Made by a program: the position numbers and the translations under genes | Notes under the pieces: model-generated | Databases searched by the model: none | What the model saw: the letters and a program-made list of their open reading frames with translations, nothing else | Told to the model about the DNA's origin: nothing | Assembly (NCBI GenBank): GCA_030141605.1 | Contig: JAQGDQ010000452.1 | Span: forward strand, 41,580 to 105,579 | Origin: Tubiluchus corallicola | Taxonomy: Eukaryota; Animalia; Priapulida | Length of the DNA: 64,000 nt | Reading direction: 5' to 3' | In this document: positions 37,918 to 52,100 of the stretch, piece after piece | Numbering within the stretch: position 1 is the first letter of the stretch | Layout: the number at the start of each line of letters is the position of its first letter

Positions 37918-40900
37918 ATGGCCTCACCATCAAAAAATAGATTTTCTATTCCTTCTTTATTTGAAATGGACTTGATGGAGAAAAGGAGCAATACATTTCA
38001 AGTAAGAAGATAAATGTGGAGAGTTTGCTAATAGAACAGTAGGCGCCGCTTAATAGACTCACGGTTAATAGACTCAATCGCTTAATTGACTCAAAAACTC
38101 CTGGCACTCGCCGTTTCTATTCAGATGTATATAAAAACTGTCGGTAATTGACTCAAATAACTCCGCATAATTGACTAAATATTTTTCCTTCGTGTACTTA
38201 AAATAAGACATTTGTATGTGCCCAAAGAGCCTTTCCCACTTTTATGTCATCTTTGCTTCACTTTTGTGCACCATAATATATGTAGAAACAATCATGTTAA
38301 GTGCCATTTTGTTTGTAAGCAGGTACGTTTATCATGCGCTAATACTGTAGCGTAGCGGTTTTGCTTTGAATCTTGTTACTCAAGAATTTCTGGAAACTAA
38401 ACATTTAATCACTTGTCTAGCGATTTCCTTTTGAAGCTCTTGTTGCAAATCACACTTTCACGCTTAGTCAGTTAACAATCAAAGATGCAGGTACAGTAAT
38501 CAGCCAGTTTTCTTTGTGGCTTACAAGAGTAAACATCATGCAGTAAATAAGAGCACAGAGTTAAGAAGCTTAAAAAATGCAGCACGCCAAGCGCTAAATG
38601 TTTTACGAGAATTTGTGCATCACACAGCAACAGATTTTCAACGTTTTTATTATTATGAGAACACTGTGAGCCGACTTTGAAGGAATTTTTGTCACTTTTG
38701 CAAATAAACAGACAGGTGTGATTTAGAAAAGTATACTTTTTAATTTATTGCTAATTCACTTATATAAATTAGTATTAATTTTTAAAATGTTTTTTTAGAT
38801 TTTTAACTGCACAAAGGAATTTAGGCATTACTTCGTTTCTAAAATTCATTAAAAACAGTTGCAGTTCATAGTAAGCTGATGACTCATACTCCTATATTTG
38901 TAATACTACATCCTTCAGTTAACAGGTTCAGGCGGTTAATTGGGTCAAAACACTTCGGCCCCAAAGTGAGTCTATTAAGCGTCGCCTACTGTATGTTAGT
39001 GAGTACCGTATCAAAAAATGAAGGACATTATAAAAAGAACAAAAAACTGCTTTTTAGATTATGTGATAAAAGTACTGCCAGAGGCCGAGAAACTGTATGT
39101 AATTTGGATAGCCTATAAGTCTTTAAGAAAGAACTGCTTATGTTGACTAATATCGAAACTATGTGAACTGAGAATGAAATTAAAACATATTGTAAGTAAA
39201 GTGTAACAAAAAAGGTATAAATAAGATAAATAAATTGTGCAATTGTTATGGAGTGTGATGAAAAAACAGTATGAGAAAACAGGGTTTAACAGGATGGTCT
39301 GCCAATTTTTTAAATAATTGCTGAATTAATCGGTATTCGGCCAATTATTTCTTTTAATTGGCTGCCTGTTAATCAGTAAATTCCACAATCGGTGCACCTC
39401 CTGTTTAAACAATGTTAGAGTACTCATCCTTATTCAGTTTGGCTGCGAGCTCTTGGAATTTCAAATTATAGAGATAACACTCCTTTTGCAGCTATTTTGG
39501 TCTAAAACTAGGAATACTGCTTAACATGCTTTTATTTTACACTAAAGCAACATAAGCATTTGTGCATTTTTGGCTCTGCATTTGTGTATTTTTGTCAAAT
39601 AAAAAGCCTGTGTACCAGATGTGCAAATTTAACTACAATTGTCCGTCTCGGGTTGTAAAAGTGCTTAATTTGTGTGTTAACAGCCAACATCTCATTTCAA
39701 GCCTGGCATAGTGAGTACCAGGGAAAGTGAAACAACTGAAAAAGAAACAGTTGAAGGGAGTCAGTTAGTAAATGATACTCTTACTGTTGGACACTCGAGT
39801 CACTGCATTGTGGACCCAGAAAATGCTGTCAGGACAAAAGCACAAAAAACTGCGGTTGAACTGCCACCTCCTGTAAAGCTTGTTGAAAGCTGTAATAACA
39901 ATGAAAGTGTTTCTGTTGCACATTCACTAGTTAAAGAAGGAAGTGCATCTGAGTCTTTATCTAAAGCCAAGTCAAAAGCATCAAGTTTTGCCGAAGCTTT
40001 TGCAGATCTGCAGAAATCGAAGTTTTATGAACCACCGGTGCCAAAAGCTTCGACTGAAGAAAAGTGAGTGGAATTTTTGTTGCTGCAGTGCTTTATGTCA
40101 CAAGTAAAATGATTTGACTGCACAAAACACAGTGTTACTTTTTGTTTTATTAGTATCCGATAAACTATTCAAAAAGGTACCTCTAAATATTGTATTATCT
40201 TAATGAATATTTGTACATTGTCTTACAGAACCTGTTTAATAAAATAAGCACGTTGTATCTTTTAGGGAGGTTCAATGTTAAGTTAAGTGTGTATTCGCAT
40301 CTCATGTTACTGCTGTGTTACTGAGTTTTTACTCTGCTATTGTGTTACTGTTTGAGAACTAAACTCCTATTGAATAATTATTCATATAACTATAAATAGA
40401 AACAAGAATGATATTGCATTCTATTACGCTTGTGTATTGCATCCCTTTGTACCTACGTTTCGCGCCGACAAGCATTCTAAATTAAAACATAGCTTGGATC
40501 CGTCAGTTAGGTCTGTTGCTGAGTTAGTTAGTTAACTAATAAAGATTACCGCCATTATGTTTTCTGCTAGGACAGTAGAGGTAAAGAGACCGGCTCGAGG
40601 AAACAGCATAATAGTCAACCCCAGACAGGTGAGTTTTTGTATAGCATTTGCTATGTACATGTATCAATCACCACATGCTTATATGGCGTTATACAGTGGA
40701 CTCTCGTTATAAGAATCACCTCGGGAGAAGGTAAAGTGATTCTTATAACAAGCGATTCTTATAACGAGCATGACACAGAATTGCTTTAAAACATTTTTAT
40801 GCACATAAAAATTATTTATTTCCCGAAATTACGCTAGAAACGACATGAAACAGCATAATGTTTTTCTGGCCTAAAAAGGACCTAAAAATTACTAGACTAA

Positions 40901-43900
40901 TGTTTTCATTTCATGGTTGGGTAAATATTTCATGATGCCAGAATTGCCTTAAAAATTTTTTTAATGCACATAATTTTTTTCCGCCACGCCCACTGCGCAG
41001 AACCTTGTAAGCAGGGCGTGAGAGACAATGGAGTTGGCGCCAAAATTGATTCTACTATCGAAAGAAGGGTGATTCTTATACGAGCGGATTTTCACTAGGA
41101 AAATGCCGAATCAATTCGGGAAACGCGATTTTGATTCTTATATCGAGCTGATTCTTATACGTGTGATTCTTGTAACGAGAGTCCACTGTATTCGTAATGT
41201 AGGATGTCAAATACCGTTTACTTTTTGTGCATACTTTACGAGTAGGTGGAATTACTGAATGTTAACAGTATGTGCTTTTTCATGGCTGTTAAGCAGTACT
41301 GAGGTTGGTTAGTAATTGGACAGGTGACACGCCAGGATCTGGTTTCATATACTATACTGTATATATGCCTACTTATCTCGGTAAGGGAGATTGTAGACAA
41401 ATCTGCCATTTGTAGCTAAAACACAACTGCTGATTCAGTGTCTCAACCGTGCATCTTATCATGTGCGTTGAAGTGTGTTTAAAAATGCTGCATGGCTCTG
41501 TGCCAAAGCAAGTCTGATTAATTAGTAAATAAACAAGTGAACTAGTTATTATGGCAAATGTTTTATAGATTTAAGTGCCACGCATGCAGACAGAGAGATT
41601 TCTGAATTGCATACTCACCTAGAGAATGCATTCCGAAATCAAATTGAATTGAACTTGAACGTCTTTAAAATAGATGTGTGGTAGCCAAGAGTCAAGATGA
41701 AACTTTTAATTTTTTGTTCATCGTGTGTTAACTGAGGCTCACGGCACAGTATGCACTTTTGGCATTGCACAACAGTAGTGTTATCACAGGTTAACCTTTT
41801 CAAACAGAAAACGTTTAACAAATTGACCAACGTAGTTCACTTTTTGCACATGCTTTTCATTCTAGAGAGGGAATCCCATTTTACGTCACGTCAGAAATGT
41901 TCCTTGGGAATTTGGTGACATTGTTCCTGATTATGTAATGGGCAGAACTACATGTGCGCTGTTCCTTAGGTAGGTAATTAGTAGTGTTGGGAAATTTATG
42001 TCAAATGATGTGTTATATGGTTATTGATTTCTATGTTTTTTCTGAAGTATTTCCTGCTTCTTGTTTTGTACGAACTATCACCATTAGGACATGGACTTAG
42101 TGATTGCTTGTACCAAGTGGTACCTCATGAATGTCACCTAATTAAAAAAGATTCGTGATTCAGTTTTGCTATTAAATCAAAGAGGTAATGAAAAAGCTGA
42201 CACAGAGGCAGTAATACTCGGGGACGTCACTCTGTACTTTATGCACTCTCTCTGGTGAAGCAGGCTTTAAACTGCTTGAAAGTTTGACTAACTGAAAAAG
42301 GTTATCTCTTATCATTCATATCTCTTATCAAAGTGTTATGTTTGGAACAGTCAAAACAGAAAAGCGATTTATCTTAAAATAAACAGACTTGAACCTAAGC
42401 CTGCAGTTCAGTGTAATGCAATGTACCACAAAACGATCGTGGAAGAGAACCTTACAAAAGACCGTAATAACTGATGAACGCATCTTGCTAACTACAGTAA
42501 AAATGTTTTTAAAAATGCTGACTGCAGTTACAGATAGATCTACTTAGAAATATCTTTTGCTAAATTGGTACAAATAGAAACAGATGTCTTCAAGCTTTTT
42601 ATGCAATCTTCAGACCAGAAACATTTTACAATTTAGCAAAAATTAATATTGGAATGTAGTCGCGAAATGCTTTACGCCCGTTAAAGGGACTGTTCACTTG
42701 CTATTCAAGGTGTCTATATTTTCTGTTTGTCTCGTTGGGTGAAGGTATGTGGACACCCAAATGTTGGTAAGACGCTGATTCAGGTCTCATCTTAGAAGAA
42801 TATCCTTCATAATGACATAGGTGATTAGACTCTAATGCTAGATACCAGCTTGTACAGCCAAAGTGATTTCTACTTTTCCATACAATATGCACATCAGACC
42901 TTGGTCTGTTCAGGGTGAAAGTGCCAAGGATCTAGAGAGATGAAAATATGTATCCGGAGAAATACTAGCAGCAGTAGTTTATTGACTCGATTAAGTCTAA
43001 CATGCAACATTTACACACAGGTCTTCAAATATGATAGAATAGAATAGCTGATTTCCTAGCAATAGGAGGTATTATCTTAAAACTAGTGAGGTTGTCGTTT
43101 TCATGAACAATTTTCTGCTATAGAACTCCATGGGTAAGCAGCCCAAGGGAAAACGAAGTACAATACGTACATTGCAATATTAAATATGATGCTGCACCTA
43201 TCTTTTGAGAGTGCATGCATGCGAGTAATTAGAGCATATTCAAAGTGAGAAGTTGTTATTCTTGAGTTACTCCAGAAACTATTAACCACTTCCTCTAATT
43301 TTTCTTTGCAGCTTGCGATATCATCAACTACATCCAGACTATATTCACCACAGACTGAAAGAGCTGGGGCGCCAGTATGAGCTACGCGTGTTGCTCGTTC
43401 TAGTAGATATAGTAAGCATTTATTGGTAGTACAGTACAATGTATACAGTTAGCTGTTGTGGCTCTCTGACAGCAAACTTGCAAGTGTGAACTGCTTTGCG
43501 TGTTACAGTCAGCAAGAAATTGCAAACTCTACGACAGTTACTGCAAGTTGGTTTACCGTCCAGTGTGAACACCTCGGTGAGTTACTCTCGACACTTCTCA
43601 CTGTGAACATTGAAGTGAGTGTCAACTCGATCTTACAGAATAACTCACGGCTAGCTTTACATTCTAGTCTGAACACGCTTGCGAGTTACTTGGGGAAAAA
43701 ACTCGAAAGCTCGCTAGTCTGAATGCCCCATTACAGTTTTGTATGATATGTGTTCTATTCTATTTTCTATTTTGCATTCGTCTGTAACACTGCAAGCAAG
43801 CCAGAATGCAACACTCAACAGAAAACTTACTAACTTAGTAATAATATTAAAAGGTTGTGGCAGGACTGGACTGTAGCCCATTGACAAGAGTAATCTTGTA

Positions 43901-46900
43901 AACTGAGACACCAAGCCAACGGAATCGTTTCTACCAAATTTGGAATCCTGTACAATGTGCATCCTTGCCTCTACAAGGCAATTTCAAGAAACTGTGGTAG
44001 ATAAAATGGCATTAGTATACGTTTCTCTGGTAGTCTTTCATACATATAGCAACCAGGCTCAATGCTACTTCACTTCACAGTCAAGCACACATTGTAAATT
44101 CAGCCATTTCGTTGTTCCAGGGTTTGTGTTTAGAAACTTTTTACTCATTTTGGCACTAGTTTGAGGTGGCTATCAGTAGGGTATTTGGCTTGTATGGTCC
44201 TTTGCTAAGACCGTAATGAAGTGTATTGCCTCTGTCTTCTGTGAATAGAATTGCACCAATAGAATAAAGTTGCACCACTTCTGCCGAAATGTCATAAACG
44301 GCAAATTTATGTTTTCATATTTTCACTTTGTCCCTATGTTAATTTAATGTGCTTGGTTCAGTTACTGCATCGGCTACATGTTACGGCTTACTGTTGGCAA
44401 GAGCTTTGCCAATTCATGAATTCTAGAAATCTAAACTGGTGCTTGCTTATCAAGTTCAGAGTTGAAACATTTACTTTGCTTACATCAGTAACATTGCCGT
44501 CTTTAATCCTCTTATACGTCTTCAAAAAATTTATTTCATTTTACAGAAGGAGCCCCACTACTACACTAAGGAACTTGCTAAGATGTGCATGTTAGCCAGT
44601 TGTACACTTATTTTATCCTGGAGGTACAGTAGCAGTTCATTCTCTCATTTTCTCAATACATTATTTTATAACTGCATGTGTGTTTTACAAAAGTCATTCG
44701 AATTTGTTGCTAATTGTGAGCATACTGCATTAATGGCTGTATCATTGATAGTAAGATAGTGATTTGGTTTTGTGCCGTGTAAGTCAAAGTATAGAATTTG
44801 CCATAAGTTAAATATAGAAAAAGGAAAGTAAAAAAGATAAAATTGAGTACAATCAACCTCGAATATAAGGGACACATTCGGACCCGAAAAAATCGTCCCT
44901 TATATCCGATGTCCCTTATAGCCGAAGTTGAGTCAGGCAGAGGATGTATCTAGACCTGTACTTTTACCCATATTTTTATGGATTATTGCTACACATTCAG
45001 TGCATACGGTATATAAGCAGCTCCTTCAATGGCTGAGTTCGTGAAAAATTGAGGTCAAAAATCGATAAATTTCGTTTTGATCATAGGGTCCGTTATATGT
45101 GAGGTAATTTACCTGGGTTTCTATCACGCGGGACCTGACGATATGGTCCCTTATAACCAAAAGTCCCTTATGTCCGAGTACCTTACCTACGAAGATTTTT
45201 GCATAGGAAAAGCGTTACGAAAAATCGGGACCGGTGTTGGTGGTCCCTTATAAGACAGTGTCCCTTACAAGTGAGTATCTTATACCCGAGGTTGACTGTA
45301 ATAATTACTTGTCGTTACCATCTGCATAGCTTTTCACACTGTTTTATAAATACCTCAACCACAATTATGATGATTTTTAGTCCTGAAGAAGCTGGCAGAT
45401 ACCTGGAAACTTACAAGGCCTTCGAGAACAAACCTCCAGACATGATAATGGAGAAAACAGAGAACACGTATATTGCACAGGTGCGGTGGACTGTAAACTC
45501 ATCTCTTTACATATATAAATGATACTTGTACTATACTCTCATTGAGAATGCAATGGCTTTTTCTTTGCTTCGTTGTTGTTTTTGCTTGATTTTTAGTAAA
45601 CAGACAGTGTAACATTAGGCGTGCATAGTGTAGCATTATGCCATTGCATAATATTGTTAAACATAAACTGAGTCAGTTTCTACCTTAGTCGGTTTCAATA
45701 GCACATGGTAATGCTGTTTGATGTGCTACTTACAGCTAAGTACTGCTTCAAAAAGACGAAATTTATTGCTTCGAAATAGCATTCAACATAATGTGTGTTT
45801 TCCAAAGTGTTTAATAAATATATTAATTATAAAATGCTGCTTAATATTTTAGTAGCTTAGTATACACCGCATGTCCACTGTTATTGCCCATATCGATAAC
45901 ATCGTTTTTTCTACTGTATCTTCAAGCAAAATAATTGATTTGTTGTTAAGCGTAATTCTTTAATTTGTGCAACTTTTCTATATTTTGTAGCTCACGGATT
46001 GTTTGACAACAGTGAAGAAAGTTAACAAAACTGATGTGCGCACGTTATTATCCACTTTTGGGGTATGTAGCACGTAGCTTACACTGATCCAACGGCCTTT
46101 TGACAAAAATTCACCATTTGGTTTTAGTGTGCAAGCAACTTGCTCACTAAATTAGACTGTCAAAACACATGTGCTTAACTATTCTTGTAGAACCAAAAGT
46201 CTTGCAGTCGAATTTAGGGAAGAAGTTACACTATAAAATTGTACAATTCATGTTTAAAAACAACGAAATACTTTATCATTTTAATATTGCAGTGATTTTT
46301 TTAAATTTCAGTCACTAGAGAAAATCATTAAGGCCGACAAAGACTCGCTGTCACTATGTCCAGGCCTTGGGCCGCAAAAGGTAAAATGCACTATTATGCC
46401 GCAGTTTTTTGCGCTAAATGCACAAATGCCTTTTGCATCTTGAAACAAAGTGTGTGAATTGTTTGTTATAACTTAGTAAATCACAAATTATTCATTAATA
46501 CGTTAGATGTAATATATTAAGCATATATCTCGACAGAGCATACATTTCCAGCAACACATTCATAATTGGTTAGTTTTACAACCACAGTCAAATATCTTTA
46601 TACTGCCCACTTTGGGACTGCAAAAAAACGTTGGCATTATAGCAAGTTTAGAATTATTAATACATACCTGTCTATGTAAATATAGATATTTTCTTTTGCT
46701 GAAAGTTAGGGCATTAAACATGGTTAGCATTATAAGGGGGGGGGCATTTTAACAAAGTTTGACTGTACATGTATTTCACTTTTACTAAGTAATATCAAAG
46801 GCAGGCAGCCTATGTGTCATCTTTTTTAGATTTTCAGTATTAACTAAACCCACTGCACTGTCGTCTAATAGTGCAGCTTGAAAGTTCTGTTTTAAGGAAC

Positions 46901-47255
46901 AAATATTGAACAAGTGATGACAGAATTCAACTAAGACACCTTTTAGAGTAATTTTGTCATCTGCCATCTTGCCTTTTGGGACACCATGCAGAAAGTCCAG
47001 TTAAGCCAGGAAACCCAATAAAGTATAGCACCTAACTACATCTTCTCAAAGGCAATTTGTTCCATTGCTGAATACCTTTCGCCTGCATCTAATGTCACTA
47101 CATTCTACGTGTGTTCATGTGGACTTCTTTTTTTACTTTTTGTAGAAAACATGCAGAACTTTGTTTTATTATTCGTGTTTTAGGCACAACGATTGGAAGA
47201 AGTGTTTCATGAGCCGTTTTTAAAGTCGAAGAAACGAAAGACTGATGCTTCATAG
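37918..47255 (+). CDS. ERCC1: DNA excision repair protein ERCC1, 10 coding exons
   Basis: Exons 37918-38001, 39684-40063, 40571-40628 (NSIIVNPRQ), 41866-41969 ([26 protein letters not shown]), 43312-43411 ([12 protein letters not shown]), 44547-44623, 45381-45480 ([12 protein letters not shown]), 45991-46062, 46312-46380 (Hh[10 protein letters not shown]), 47184-47255 (FHEPFLK..stop). All GT-AG and phase-consistent. Confidence 0.95.
38037..38991. mobile_element. TA-targeting MITE, family B (ERCC1 intron)
   Basis: CAGTAGGCGCCGCTTAATAGACTCAC ... GTGAGTCTATTAAGCGTCGCCTACTG|TA. Confidence 0.88.
40694..41188. mobile_element. TA-targeting MITE (ERCC1 intron)
   Basis: TA|CAGTGGACTCTCGTTATAAGAATCAC ... 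GTGATTCTTGTAACGAGAGTCCACTG|TA near-perfect 26-bp TIRs; repeated GATTCTTATA motif. Confidence 0.9.
44850..45298. mobile_element. TA-targeting MITE, family C (ERCC1 intron)
   Basis: TA|CAATCAACCTCGAATATAAGG ... TTATACCCGAGGTTGACTG|TA. Confidence 0.85.
46585..46765. mobile_element. Short MITE
   Basis: CAGTCAAA..TTTGACTG|TA termini with repeated GGCATTATA motifs. Confidence 0.6.
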
Positions 47256-47576
47256 CACAGGCAAGGTAGAAACTGTATAAATATGTAAGTGACCTGTTGA
47301 AATGAAAATAATCATTCTTCTGTGATCATTGTAGTTTTGGCTGTTACTTATCGCAGAATATAGTGCTTATTGAAAGCACAAGAGGATAATTTTTTAACCA
47401 ATGCTCACTTTGGCCTGTGGTTCATGTGACAACATAGCTTATAACTGACAGCACGGCTAGGGGTTAAGCATCAATGATCACTTTTTACCTCTCCAAAGGC
47501 TTCAATCTTTTCTGGGTGCTTTACTTGTGTTACTGTTCTAAAAGATGGTGGCACTAATAATACATTCCAAAAGATA

Positions 47577-48850
47577 CAATCGAACCTCGTTATACCGCCT
47601 CCCGTTATAACCCAGCCTCTCCATAATGATACCTTTTGCCCTGTCCCGATTTCCGTAACACAGTCAACCTCAGATATAAGGGACACCTCCGGACCGGAAA
47701 AAATCGTCCCTTATATCCGATGTAAGTTGAGTCAGACCGAGGGTGTATCTAGACCTGCACTTTTACTCATATTTTTATGGATTATTGCTACACATTCATT
47801 GCAAACGGTATGTAAGAAGCTCCTTCAGTAATGCGAGATGTATGTGACCATGGAAACTGAGCGGTTCGAAGGCCAAGTTTGCGAAAAATTGAGGTTAAAA
47901 GTCGATCAATTTCGCTTTGATAATAGGGTCCCTTATGTGCGAAGCAATTTACCTGGGTTTCTATTACGCGGGACCTGAAGTTATCGTCCCTTACATCCGA
48001 GTACCTTATATATGAACATTTTTATAAGGAAAAATGTTACGAAAAATCGGGACCGGAGTTGGTGGTCCCTTATAAGCAAGTACCTTATACCCAAGGTTGA
48101 CTGTATATTAAATTAGGGAATATCGCCAACCTCGCTTACTGCCATCCGACAATGTACATGCTGTGCCAGAAGTCTGTTTTGCATAACAAATCTACTCCAT
48201 TATAATGCCAGCCAAAACAAAGCCAAAGACTTGTAAAAACAATGTCATCTGAACAGAAGAACAAATACGGGTCTTGCTGGGTTTAGATTTAAGTTTCGTA
48301 GCAAGTGACTGTATGAAAGTGAATGTTTTGAGCAAGGAGCATGTATTTTAAGAGTACAAGAGTTGCGTAGCTAACTAAGTTAAGGTTCAGTACCATTTGT
48401 ACTGAGGTGAATTTATAGGCTGTTAAAGGGTCAAGTTATGTACGGCAGCTATTTATAGTCTTACTTATCCAGTAATGTTACTTTGGGAATGTGGGTGGAT
48501 ATTTCTCTTATCAGTAGTTGGGTGTTTTCCACAAGATTGCTTTTCAACTCTGCGTTACATAAAACTTTTGCAAAGTACCAACTCTGCGTTACATAAAACT
48601 TTTGCAAAGTACCACTGTAGAACTACACCTGCATTGTTAATGCAGCAAAATGCACAGTATAACACACATATTCTAGTAGGTATATTAATATTATACTATT
48701 TACCATATATTAAAATTAACTAGGAAACAAAATGGAGGTTGCACAGCAGAATGGCTTTGATATTGTAATGAATATCACCTTACCACCAACCCAACTATAG
48801 TGCCATATTTAATGGCATCCCAGACCTGGCATTATAAAGAGGTTTAACTG
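47577..48850. mobile_element. Older TA-targeting MITE hosting the nested family C copy
   Basis: TA|CAATCGAACCTCGTTATA ... TATAAAGAGGTTTAACTG|TA imperfect TIRs. Confidence 0.6.
47661..48103. mobile_element. Family C MITE nested inside another MITE
   Basis: CAGTCAACCTCAGATATAAGG ... CCTTATACCCAAGGTTGACTG|TA. Confidence 0.85.
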
Positions 48851-48949
48851 TAGTATAATTGTGTTCATGTACTAAGATGAAGTATCAGGTTTCCTCAGTA
48901 GCCAGGGCATCTTTCTGCAACTGAGGAGGTCTAGGATCAATGTATTTCT

Positions 48950-49140
48950 CATGATCAAGCTTTGAACTGTGGAACTGAAGAAGCATTTACTACATTAGTA
49001 AGCTTGTTCCATAAAATAATTTTAAAACCCGACCTACAAAGAATTGTCTTCCCCATTTAGAAACAGATTTCTTGTTGATTTTAAGCAAATGTCCTCTTAT
49101 CCTCTGATGGGTCTGAAGTTCAAACAGTTTTGTTACTGTC
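48950..49140 (-). mobile_element. CR1-like LINE 3' remnant
   Basis: IRGHLLKINKK..RQFFVGRV resembles the CR1 TRGH..K..FF..RV..WN motif. Confidence 0.5.
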
Positions 49141-52100
49141 AATTCGATCAATACTCTTGACGATTCTGAATGTTTGGAATTGTAATGTTTCATGTATTAC
49201 ATTAAGATACACATTTTTTTGTATGCGTAGTTGTGCGTGTGTTAATGTAATACATGAAATGTTGTGTTATACTCAATTTAAAGTTTTTCATACGTAAATA
49301 TTAGATTTGAAATATTATTAATATTGGTCGAGTACAGTGAGCGATGATGTGATTGTTAGGAACAATTCTCCAATGGCAGGAATCTTTCTTGTGGCATTTG
49401 CAACTTTGCAAAAGCGAAGGTTGCAGCATGACTCTACTGTATCCCAAGCCATTAAGCATTGTAAAATATCTTATTTGGGTTGAAAAGTGTTGAACTCATC
49501 CTCATTAATAGTTTTTATTGAAGCACAAGTCTATGGAAGTAGAAAAAATTTCAATACAACCAGTTAGTTCCCTTGAAATATCCTAGAAGCCTCAAGTTTC
49601 ATTATTTCTATTATCACCTGCATGTGTTTGTCTAAATGTCATTACATGACATTGATTAGAGCAGCCGTGGAGAAAATTTTTTAGAAAGCCACGTAGCTAC
49701 ACCCTACGGCTATGCAGTAAACAGTAATTGTCTGAAGCATGTGATGGAAATAGACTTTTAATCAGTTAACCGAGATCGTGTTTGTGGGAGCCTCGATTTG
49801 ATTTTTTTCAGGCCTCTGTGAAAAAATTCTCTAGTCCTCCTCCGATGACTCACACCTCATTTTTGTTAGAATTCTCTGTGAATGTGCGAGAAATGATGCA
49901 GAGTGCTGGAATAAATGCAAAGCATAATGCAGATGTTAAAATCGTACATTCCCTAATGTAATAAGTTTTCATTTGTAGACCTAAGTTACGATAAAACAGA
50001 AAACGGCGTATTGGGTTCAGCAAAGGAGTTGTACACTGTTCCACTGTGTTGTGTAGCATTTCACATTTTACTCAGGAATGAATCGACCTTAACAGTGTTT
50101 CTCACAAGCACAAATTTGACTGATCGATTTGAAAATTGTTTATTTCAATCATGTGTTGTCACCCAGAACTAAACTAATTGATGCAAAAACATTGTTGCTA
50201 TGGATGTAAAGTTATGCATGCGTAATGTTAGTTGAGATCATGAAGATTTGTTTGTACCGTTGAGCACATTCTGACATCTAGATTTTCATGTCGGGTACCT
50301 GGTCTGCCTTTTGAAAGTTAGTTTTACATTTAGATTTTGACATCGTAAATACATTGTACATATTTAACAATCTGTAATATACGTGCATGTGAAATACAGG
50401 AAAGCTAAAATTAAGCCTGTAGGTATGTAACTTAACTTACATTTTCTATACTTGAATAATATGGGTACATCATCACGATTTACGTCTAATTTTATTATAA
50501 CTGACTGTAAGGGTTTTATCATTTGTTTTCTGACACAGTCAATGATGACGACAAAGTACACAAGCATCCGCTTTCAAAATCTCTACATTTTGTAAGAACG
50601 ACATTTTTTGGAATCTCATAGTAATACGTTGTAAAAGATATAGCCAAGTTATTTCTTAGGATATTTCAAGAAATACATATATAATGAAGCAAAACTAAAA
50701 CAAAAAAATTAATTTTGATGTTTGTATTAAGTTCAACCTCATATTACAGCATTATGTACAGCTAGCATTTGATGATATTACTTACATAACTTAAATCTAC
50801 AATCCATTTTTAACAATTTCAGAACAAACAATCTGTACAAAACTAACCTAAAAACATAGAAAAGTATTAGCAAATGCTGGTGAGAGAGGAAATGTGAAGA
50901 ACATGCTTATAGCTAACTTTTCTAGTCAAACTCACGGCTAAATCTAATCACAGAAACATAATCTTGCTAAATAAACGGAAGCCAGTTATATAAATACGCC
51001 CAAGATGTAACTTCCCTACTACTTTTAAATTGTTTTACATTGTCTATAGTTTCAACTCGGCTAAAGACGTCCAATGAACGAATCACAATTTTATTTGGAA
51101 GCAGATCAAACCCTATAACAAAATGGGACGATTTGAAATGGACAAGGACAAAAAAATGAAGAAACGGTATTGCACAGAGAATACTACTAAAAGTCTGTCT
51201 TACTAACAACAAAATTTGCTTAAATGACTTTACTAACTTTGACGATGCACACCTAATAATTCTCTACAATGAAAAAAACGTGCCACAGTTTGTTTACATC
51301 TACATTTTACAAGGACAAAAACGTCGTGTATTGAATCACAGCCGACAGGAAGTTGCCAGCACCAGCTGTCATACGAAATTCCTTGTATTTAACGAAAATA
51401 CATTGCAGCAAATCTTACTGTACATCGACACAATGGAAAACTGAGACGTTTAAACACTAGGGTAAAATTTTTAATCATAATTTTAACAAATACATAAGCA
51501 ACAAAGAAAGAATCGGCTGTTCTGTATTTTGTCCTAAACTTGCTATCTAGTTGTCATGGAAACTCGAATAATACAAGCGTACTATAGCAGTCGGCTGACC
51601 TCTTTCAATAACAAATCATATATTTTAACTAAGCTATTCAGCATTGTATGTGAAATCAACAAAGATGCTCCTATACCAGCTACCAGCCTTGCAATGATTC
51701 ATTATATTTACACAGAGAAACAGAGATTGAACAGTTAAGTCACAGTAGAGTTGCAACATGGGCATCAAACTAACTACATGCTGTATTACCCTCAAAAACA
51801 TAATTTAAAAAATCCAATATTTTTTACAGCTTCGACACTGTGCAGTTAATGTGCAAACTTGCTTTAGTCACAGAAAAATAGAAATCGAAGAGTTCAAAAA
51901 GTTTATTTTTCTTGCGAGCATTCGCTATCGTTACACATTGCAGATGCTAACATAATACGTAAAATTTTGAAGCATTTCATGAATAATACAATGAAAGGGT
52001 TACTTGAAGCAAGATTATCATGATACCATCATTGATGATTGCGATCCACAATTCTGTTCCATCCCGTTCGTATCATCCCACCACGTTCCACTCCATTCCA

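Noticed and set aside
43101-43439. 112-aa - strand ORF
   Set aside because: Antisense shadow of ERCC1 exon 43312-43411.
51550-51563. Second X-box-like motif GTTGTCATGGAAAC
   Set aside because: Lies downstream of LENG8 with no gene start nearby; may be chance.
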